Below, in pieces: positions 57,938-64,000 of a stretch of 64,000 nucleotides of DNA; position 1 is the first letter of the stretch, and the number at the start of each line of letters is the position of its first letter. The stretch is from an uncultured bacterium (GTDB lineage Bacteria > Patescibacteriota > Minisyncoccia > Phycocordibacterales > Zambryskibacteraceae). The translations under genes and the position numbers were made by a program. The stretch is taken from assembly GCA_963789635.1 (NCBI GenBank), contig CAWBLF010000003.1:67388-131387 (forward strand), read 5' to 3'. The notes beneath the pieces were generated by a model. That model was given only the letters and a program-made list of their open reading frames with translations, did no database searches and was not told the DNA's origin.

Positions 57938-58078
57938 CGAGGTTTAATCTTTTAACATTTCGAGGACTTAGCCTCTGGGTACCAAAAAGACGTCAAAGAA
58001 TTAGCAAATACTAGTAATCCTAAATAGTATTCGAGGTTTAGCCTTGAGAATTTGAAACTAAGGCTAAATCCTCGGATC
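57938..58078. repeat. Cluster of degenerate REP-like palindromes
   Basis: CCGAGGTTTAATCT, CGAGGACTTAGCCTC, TCGAGGTTTAGCCTTGA, AAGGCTAAATCCTCGGA. Confidence 0.55.
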
Positions 58079-58093
58079 CGAATTATTTATTGT

Positions 58094-59971
58094 TTACACT
58101 CCCAGTATTACCGGTATGACCAAGGGTCTCTTGGCCGTCTTTTGGAACAAAAATCTTTCTATCGTGTCTGTAACATTTCCTTTGACCAAGTCAAAGTTTA
58201 TCGGGTTCATTCCTTGAGTAGTCTGTTCTATTGAACGCTTGATGACAATACGAGTTTCTTGCAACAAACCTTGCGATTCACGCAAATAGACGAAGCCACG
58301 GGAAATAATATCCGGAGATTTTCTCAACTTGCCGGTTTTGGCGTTGACAGAAGCGACGATGACGACAAAACCGTCTTCGGCTAGCATTTTGCGATCACGC
58401 ATTACCACTTCCTGCACATCTCCGACTGAAAATCCATCCACCAACACGTCATTGGAAGGCGCTTTTACCGGAAGCATTCTGATTTTTTGTCCGTCCGGTG
58501 AAATTTCTATGATTGAACCGTTGTCCGGCACAACCACATTCTCTCTTGGTACTCCTCTGCGGTAAGCCAGTTCAGCATGCTGTCGAAGCATGTAGTGGTG
58601 TCCGTGTACGGGCATAAAGAAACGATAGTTGATGTGATCGTGTATCCATTTAAGTTCTTCACGGTTGCCGTGTCCCGAGGCGTGCACGTCTGCGTCCAAA
58701 TATGTAATGATTTTCGCTTCCGAACGATACAGATTGTCTTTTAGTTTTACAACCGCGTTGAAGTTTGAAGGAATAATGGAGCTGGACAAAAGGATTGTGT
58801 CTGTCGCTCTCAAACGCAAATACTTGTGAGTTTTGTTGGCAATTCTCATGAGAGCGGAATATTCTTCACCTTGTCCTCCGGTCACCAACATCACTATTTT
58901 GTCCGGAGGATAATTTTCAATTTCTTCAATCGGAATGATAATTTTTTCGGTATCCACGAGCTTCAGTTGTTTGATGATATCAATGTTGGTTTTCATACTT
59001 CGGCCTTCTATCACCACTTTTTTGTTTAGTTCACGGCAAATATTGATGATGGCAATAATGCGCTCTACCTGCGAGGCAAAAGTGGCGATGATGAGGCGAG
59101 AGCCTACGGATTTAACAATGTTTTCAATATTTTTTATGACCACCTGCTCGGACAAAGAGAATCCGGGTTTTTCTATGGAAGTGGAATCCATAGTCAAAAG
59201 AAGAACGTCCATATCTTTAAATCTTTTATACTGTTCGTTTTCTTCTTCGGTCGGCACTCCTTCTATGTTGTCCACGCGCACGTCTTCGATAAACACGATG
59301 TTTCCTATAGGAGTTTTGATGACTAGTCCCATGGAGTCGGGGATGGTGTGCGATATTGGGAATGTGGAAATTTTGAAGTTCTCCGAAATGGTGATATTTT
59401 CATCGCCGTCAATTACTTTTATGTTGAGTGGCGCAAATTGAGGAAATTCTTCTTGTCTCTTCTGAATCATAATTGCTCCGAACTGGCGAGTATAAATCGG
59501 CGGATTGCCAATCATATTCATAATGTAGGGGATACCGCCAATGTGGTCTAGATGTCCGTGAGTTATGAAGACCGCTCGGATTTTATCTTTGCGTTCTTCA
59601 AGATATTTGGTATTTGGCAAAATATAATCAATGCCGGGAGTTTCTTCCTCACGAAACTGAAAACCGATATCAACAATGATGATGTCGTTTTTGTATTCTA
59701 AGGCGGTCATATTTTTGCCCACTTCTTCCACTCCGCCTAGAGGAATGATACGCAAATTATCACCAGCCGGAGGGATAATGTCCGGCTTTTTTCTAGTGTC
59801 TCGGTCAAATGCCGGGGCAGGGAAACGACGATTGCGTGCAGGCAACCTTCTGCTGCCGACGCTTCTCATGTGCCTGTGTGATCCTGTTTGGATAGGACGC
59901 GGAGGACGAACTGGGTTATTGCCACGCTGTGCGTCCGGTCTTTCTGGTTGATTTGGTGTTGACGGGTTCAT
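58094..59971 (-). CDS. rnj: Ribonuclease J
   Basis: IPLGGVEEVGKNM, THGHLDHIGG, HTIPD, FASQVER, HASGH, PVHG, SRGFVY. Confidence 0.96.
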   Translation of the reverse strand: MNPSTPNQPERPDAQRGNNPVRPPRPIQTGSHRHMRSVGSRRLPARNRRFPAPAFDRDTRKKPDIIPPAGDNLRIIPLGGVEEVGKNMTALEYKNDIIIVDIGFQFREEETPGIDYILPNTKYLEERKDKIRAVFITHGHLDHIGGIPYIMNMIGNPPIYTRQFGAIMIQKRQEEFPQFAPLNIKVIDGDENITISENFKISTFPISHTIPDSMGLVIKTPIGNIVFIEDVRVDNIEGVPTEEENEQYKRFKDMDVLLLTMDSTSIEKPGFSLSEQVVIKNIENIVKSVGSRLIIATFASQVERIIAIINICRELNKKVVIEGRSMKTNIDIIKQLKLVDTEKIIIPIEEIENYPPDKIVMLVTGGQGEEYSALMRIANKTHKYLRLRATDTILLSSSIIPSNFNAVVKLKDNLYRSEAKIITYLDADVHASGHGNREELKWIHDHINYRFFMPVHGHHYMLRQHAELAYRRGVPRENVVVPDNGSIIEISPDGQKIRMLPVKAPSNDVLVDGFSVGDVQEVVMRDRKMLAEDGFVVIVASVNAKTGKLRKSPDIISRGFVYLRESQGLLQETRIVIKRSIEQTTQGMNPINFDLVKGNVTDTIERFLFQKTAKRPLVIPVILGV

Positions 59972-60091
59972 TTGATTGATTTTGTTACGAGCTTGCGAGT
60001 TTCAAAATCATCACCCCGCCATCATTCAGGATCCTCTCTGGTGAGGGTGGGGTAATTAAATTTATAGTCGCTTCGCTCCTTAATTTAATAA

Positions 60092-61837
60092 TTATTTTTT
60101 AATAAAAATATTCCAAATATGATTTGTTTCCACATACCATTCGTTTATTCCAGCGAATCTTTCGGACGGTACGGTCAGATAACTAATATTGACGCCCCGC
60201 ACTTTCTTCGGAAGTATATATAGGAAACTTGGTGAATACACAAATATCGCAGGTTTGTCGTTCTTAATTATTTGTTCAAAGGCCGCATAATCCGAATCTC
60301 GCAAAGCAAAATCAGAAGTGGCTCGTGCTTTTTCCAGTAGTTTGTCAGCAGCCGAGTTGACATAAAGGGCTATGTTTAGACCTGGGTCATTTCGTTCCGT
60401 AGAATGCCAAAAGGGGTACAGGTCCACACTGCGACCGATAATTTCACCAAACAGAAGCGCGTCGTATTTTCTCGGCCGGATGATGTTTTGGTTTAAGTCT
60501 CCCGATTCGTAGACTTGGACATCCACTTGCGCGCCAAGAGCTGTCCAGTCATTTTTGATTATATTTGCGACGGCCTTTAGCTCAGGCGTATCACCGGTAG
60601 CTATGGAGAAGGCAAGAGTCTGAGTGCCACTTTTTGTTTTCTTTTGCCAAATTCCGGTTGAAGAACTTATTTTCCATCCGGCCTTTGCCAAAGTCGTACT
60701 TGCGATGGCGAGACGTTCCACTTCGGTAGTAGTTGAAACCAAATAATTTTTTGTTTTTGGCGGAATGGGTCCGTCTATGGTGGCGCCGAACCCAAACAAG
60801 ACCTCTTTCACTATGGCCGCCTTATCAAGACTTTGGTCAAGCGCCAGTCTTACTTCATTGTTCGCAAGCACATGCGCCTGATTTTGATTGAAAAATACTC
60901 CAAAAATTCTTGGCAAAACAGATTCAATGATATTGATGTTGTCATTTTTTAACCCGTAGACGGTTTGAGCCGAAAGTCCATACACGCTTTCTATATCTCC
61001 CGCATTATATGCGCTTATAAGGTCATTCTCGTCTTGATAAAACTTCATTGTTAAGGTGGAGATATACGGCTCGCCACTTATATAGTGTGAGAAACTCTTC
61101 AAGGTGTAGGCGCTTGGAATGCCGTTTGAATCTTGCGATATGCTACTTACTTCATATGGTCCGGATCCGACTGGAGTTATGTTGTATTTGCTGAACGGAA
61201 ATTGCTCCGGTGCCACAGCGCTCCAAATGTGTTCCGGCAGAATGCCGAGAGTGGTGTTGTCAAGGAAAGGACCGTATGGCTGTTTCAAGATAAATTGGAT
61301 TTCATGGTCATTTACCACGTGGACAGTAACGCCATCCCAATTTGCCTGCATAGGGCTTTTGATTATCGGATCTTCGGCTTTGGCTATTGTAAATTCCACA
61401 TCATTTGCGGTTACCGGAGTGCCGTCTTGAAAAGTGGCATCTTTGCGGATGACAAAATCATAAGTCAGCCCGTCGGGAGAGATGGAGTAGTGGTCCGCCA
61501 AGTCTGTAACCAATGTTCCGTCCGGTCCGGCCTTGAGAAGTCCGGAGTATGTCAGAGCCACCAGATCCTTGTCAGTATCGCTCATGGCCAAAAGAGGATT
61601 TATGAAACGTGGTGTGCCGATGACACCCTCGGTAAGCTCTCCGCCGTGGGCCGGCACTTCGGTCTGATACGCCAGACTGACTTTTTCCAAAAGAGCAATT
61701 CCGGAAAAGATGAAAACTGCCACAAAAAACCAAAAAATGATTTTTTCGGTTAATGAAAAAGAGCGGATTGCATTTTCAATGACGTCTTTTTTGGGAAAAT
61801 TAAAACGCTTGGTGAACAAAGCTAAAAAATCTTTCAT
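60092..61837 (-). CDS. ABC transporter peptide-binding protein (family 5)
   Basis: INPLL, YSGL, DLA..Y.IS.DG.TY.F, FQDG.PVTA.DV.FT, PVGSGPY. Confidence 0.9.
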   Translation of the reverse strand: MKDFLALFTKRFNFPKKDVIENAIRSFSLTEKIIFWFFVAVFIFSGIALLEKVSLAYQTEVPAHGGELTEGVIGTPRFINPLLAMSDTDKDLVALTYSGLLKAGPDGTLVTDLADHYSISPDGLTYDFVIRKDATFQDGTPVTANDVEFTIAKAEDPIIKSPMQANWDGVTVHVVNDHEIQFILKQPYGPFLDNTTLGILPEHIWSAVAPEQFPFSKYNITPVGSGPYEVSSISQDSNGIPSAYTLKSFSHYISGEPYISTLTMKFYQDENDLISAYNAGDIESVYGLSAQTVYGLKNDNINIIESVLPRIFGVFFNQNQAHVLANNEVRLALDQSLDKAAIVKEVLFGFGATIDGPIPPKTKNYLVSTTTEVERLAIASTTLAKAGWKISSSTGIWQKKTKSGTQTLAFSIATGDTPELKAVANIIKNDWTALGAQVDVQVYESGDLNQNIIRPRKYDALLFGEIIGRSVDLYPFWHSTERNDPGLNIALYVNSAADKLLEKARATSDFALRDSDYAAFEQIIKNDKPAIFVYSPSFLYILPKKVRGVNISYLTVPSERFAGINEWYVETNHIWNIFIKK

Positions 61838-61902
61838 AATTAGAAAATAAGAAATAATTCGAAAAATAATTCAAATCGTAACAATCGCGTTTAAGTGTCG
61901 TG

Positions 61903-62136
61903 TTAACGCGCGAGAATGAGTGCAATAATTGCCGAAAGGGCGAAGAGAATAGAGACTACAATGGTCAGTCTAAACAATGTTTTTTCAGCCCCTCTTCGGA
62001 CGTATCCTCCCGTACTAAAAGAGTCAGCACCGAAGGCGCTACCCAGTCCAGCATCAGATCGTTGCAAGAGGACTCCTCCGACGAGGATAATCGAGAGCAA
62101 GATTTGAATATATGGGAGAATCGCAGAAATACTCAT
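61903..62136 (-). CDS. secG: Preprotein translocase subunit SecG
   Basis: VLLQ...AGLGSAFG...RRGAEK.LFRLT. Confidence 0.92.
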   Translation of the reverse strand: MSISAILPYIQILLSIILVGGVLLQRSDAGLGSAFGADSFSTGGYVRRGAEKTLFRLTIVVSILFALSAIIALILAR

Positions 62137-62357
62137 TAGTTAGACACGATACACGAAACCTGCATTGAAGTAAAGAGGTGAAATGAAATTTGTGTTTTGA
62201 ATTAGGTTCAACTTTGATTTCCTAATGTTTGGTCACTGGATATTGGTTCCGAAACAAAACCTCAAAGTCGATGAAACACAGTAGCAACATACCCATATTT
62301 CTAGCTATTTTATGGCTATTTTAACGCTTCAAGATTTGCAACTTGTCAATTTTATGC

Positions 62358-62385
62358 TTGACATATATTGCATATATGCTATAAT
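62358..62385 (+). promoter_or_regulatory. Consensus sigma70 promoter with near-palindromic spacer
   Basis: TTGACA-TATATTGCATATATGC-TATAAT. Confidence 0.75.
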
Positions 62386-62471
62386 TGGAGGAGCAGTTTC
62401 ATTCGTTCTGTAACATCTCTATTTCACACATTGCTTGCTTTCTTTCAGGCCCAAAAGGGCGGAGGCTCCAA

Positions 62472-63405
62472 ATGGACAACGCGAAGATCGTCGCCGAAGC
62501 GAACCAGAAGTTCCTTGGCGAAATGAACATGCTTCGACAGGATGTCGAAAGCGCAAAGTTGGTCAACGGTTTCGCGTTCCAGTACATCCTCGACCTTCTC
62601 ACGATTCTCGAGCGCGTCGCGTTCTGATCCTGAAGGAGCCGTTACAGTCGAACCCCAAGAGGGTCATGGCTGCCACAGTCGAGGCGACTCGCGCCATCAG
62701 GGCTCTCCAGTCGGACCGTGAGGCCTTCTTCCTCAATAGGGAGAAGGAACACACGATGGCCAAGTTGGCGGTGGCACGTCGTCTTTTCACCCACTTCGTC
62801 AAGCTCCTCAATACCGAGCTTGCAGTGGCAAAGAGGGTGGTCAGGTTTGACATCCCCGACTTCGGTGATTGAGGTTGAGCGCGGTAGCTCTTCGTCGACA
62901 TGGCGCTTGAGCTAGCGGAGGCGACGAATGAATCCGTCTGGCGTTATGAGGAGGAGGCAAAGAACGTCTCTACGGCGTTCAACACCGTTCGCAGTCTGCA
63001 GGAAAGCTTTCTGCAGAAAAAGAAAGTGGTTGCGATACTCTACGACCGCGCTCGAGCCGTTCGCGACTATCCTGCAGTGTTCGGCGAGGACCCCGATCGG
63101 TGATCTTCACCAACATCCGGCGGCTCGAGCATCGTATCCTCAAGGGGCATGTCTCTCTCGATACGTTGCGCAGTGAGTACATCGAGATCACCACGTCGCT
63201 CTGGAATCGAGAAGGAGACTCCACCGATGGCAGTGGCGAAGTCCCTGACGTCAAGCGCTTTCTTCTTGGCCTCGAAAACGAGGCCAACCTGACAGAGAAG
63301 AGGCCGACGGCGACTGACAGGATCAGCGAAGTCCGAAGCCAAGTGCCAGAACGGTCTCAAGACCTGCGTCAAAGCGGAGGCACAAGCCCGGGCTTTGCCG
63401 CGTAA
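62472..63405 (+). pseudogene. GC-rich gene broken across reading frames (or a set of short overlapping ORFs)
   Basis: GGAGG RBS + ATG 62472; protein-like translation continues across frame changes near 62615, 62880 and 63100. Confidence 0.5.
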
Positions 63406-63438
63406 GCGGCGTGGGGCAGGTAGCAAACAGAAAAAGAG

Positions 63439-63478
63439 AACGCCGACGACTTCGTGTCGTCGGCGTTTTTTCTTTTTT
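63439..63478 (+). terminator. Intrinsic terminator
   Basis: AACGCCGACGAC-TTCGT-GTCGTCGGCGTT + T tract. Confidence 0.8.
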
Positions 63479-63581
63479 GGTCTTAAAATCACTTGGACAT
63501 CCTTATTGTCCAAGTGATTGACATAGGGTGACCTATCAATATAATGAGGGCCTCATTACCAGCAAACAATTGCTTTTGAAT

Positions 63582-63929
63582 ATGAAAAAAATAAAAAATA
63601 AGACAGCCCAAAAAGCAACTCCTTCGAGAGTTAAACCCCTCGGTCTCACTCCTCTCGGCGACCGGGTCTTGGTCAAAGAAATCAAAACAAAGGAAGACAA
63701 GAAAACTGATTCGGGCATCTTTATACCGGCTTCGGTAAAGGCGGATGATGGCACTAAGAGAGGTATAGTCGTCGCAATCGGACGTGGTCGCATTGAAGAC
63801 GGCAAACTTATCCCGGTCAATCTAAAAGTCGGTGACGAAGTATTGTATCAGTGGGGCGAAAATCTTATTTTCAAAGATGAAGAATATACTTTGGTCAAAG
63901 AGTCGGAAATTTCTGCGTTAATCAACTGA
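63582..63929 (+). CDS. groES: Co-chaperonin GroES
   Basis: PLGDRVLVK, T.SGI.IP, G.VVAIG.G, KVGD.V, E.EI.A. Confidence 0.93.
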   Translation: MKKIKNKTAQKATPSRVKPLGLTPLGDRVLVKEIKTKEDKKTDSGIFIPASVKADDGTKRGIVVAIGRGRIEDGKLIPVNLKVGDEVLYQWGENLIFKDEEYTLVKESEISALIN

Positions 63930-64000
63930 CAACAAACAACCCACAACAGACAATTATACAAACGAGTTTTTGAATTTTGTCGGTTGAGGGTTGTTTGTTA

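Noticed and set aside
62472-63405. Stop-codon reassignment (code 25) as the explanation for the broken gene
   Set aside because: The breaks require frame changes rather than read-through, and TGA terminates conserved genes such as aspS and groES.

Overview
Bacterial chromosomal segment using genetic code 11 (TGA serves as stop). It most likely comes from a Patescibacteria/CPR (Parcubacteria-like) genome; this is inferred from the TrbC/VirB2-type pilins, short IF2, GAD-less AspRS, short RelA/SpoT and many secreted ORFans. The housekeeping backbone includes rbfA, infB, an iscS-like gene, clpB, udg, rpmG, alr, miaA, parB, rel, topA, dprA, serS, an ftsQ-like gene, dus, dnaX, nadK, rnj, secG, groES and 8 tRNAs. 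The standout feature is an AT-rich cargo (17080-21447) held between two 394-bp inverted arms at the 3' end of tRNA-Leu(CAA). It encodes a translationally coupled operon: XRE regulator, aspS, a YdfG-like SDR, and a fusion of a glutamyl-tRNA-reductase (HemA)-like domain with an archaeal-type AspRS catalytic domain. This is a candidate new aspartate-activating/reducing pathway. A second theme is a family of 100-200-bp non-coding elements with the layout target copy / conserved core / inverted target copy / hairpin / target. They sit at four tRNA genes (Lys, Tyr, Trp, Leu-CAA) and at topA, where they have left three alternative TopA C-termini in tandem. The window also holds three promoter- and terminator-bounded structured RNA candidates around dus, REP-like palindromes, a cytochrome b gene, a P3A H+-ATPase and a multiply frameshifted GC-rich gene. 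All calls come from reading the sequence by eye; no database search was run.
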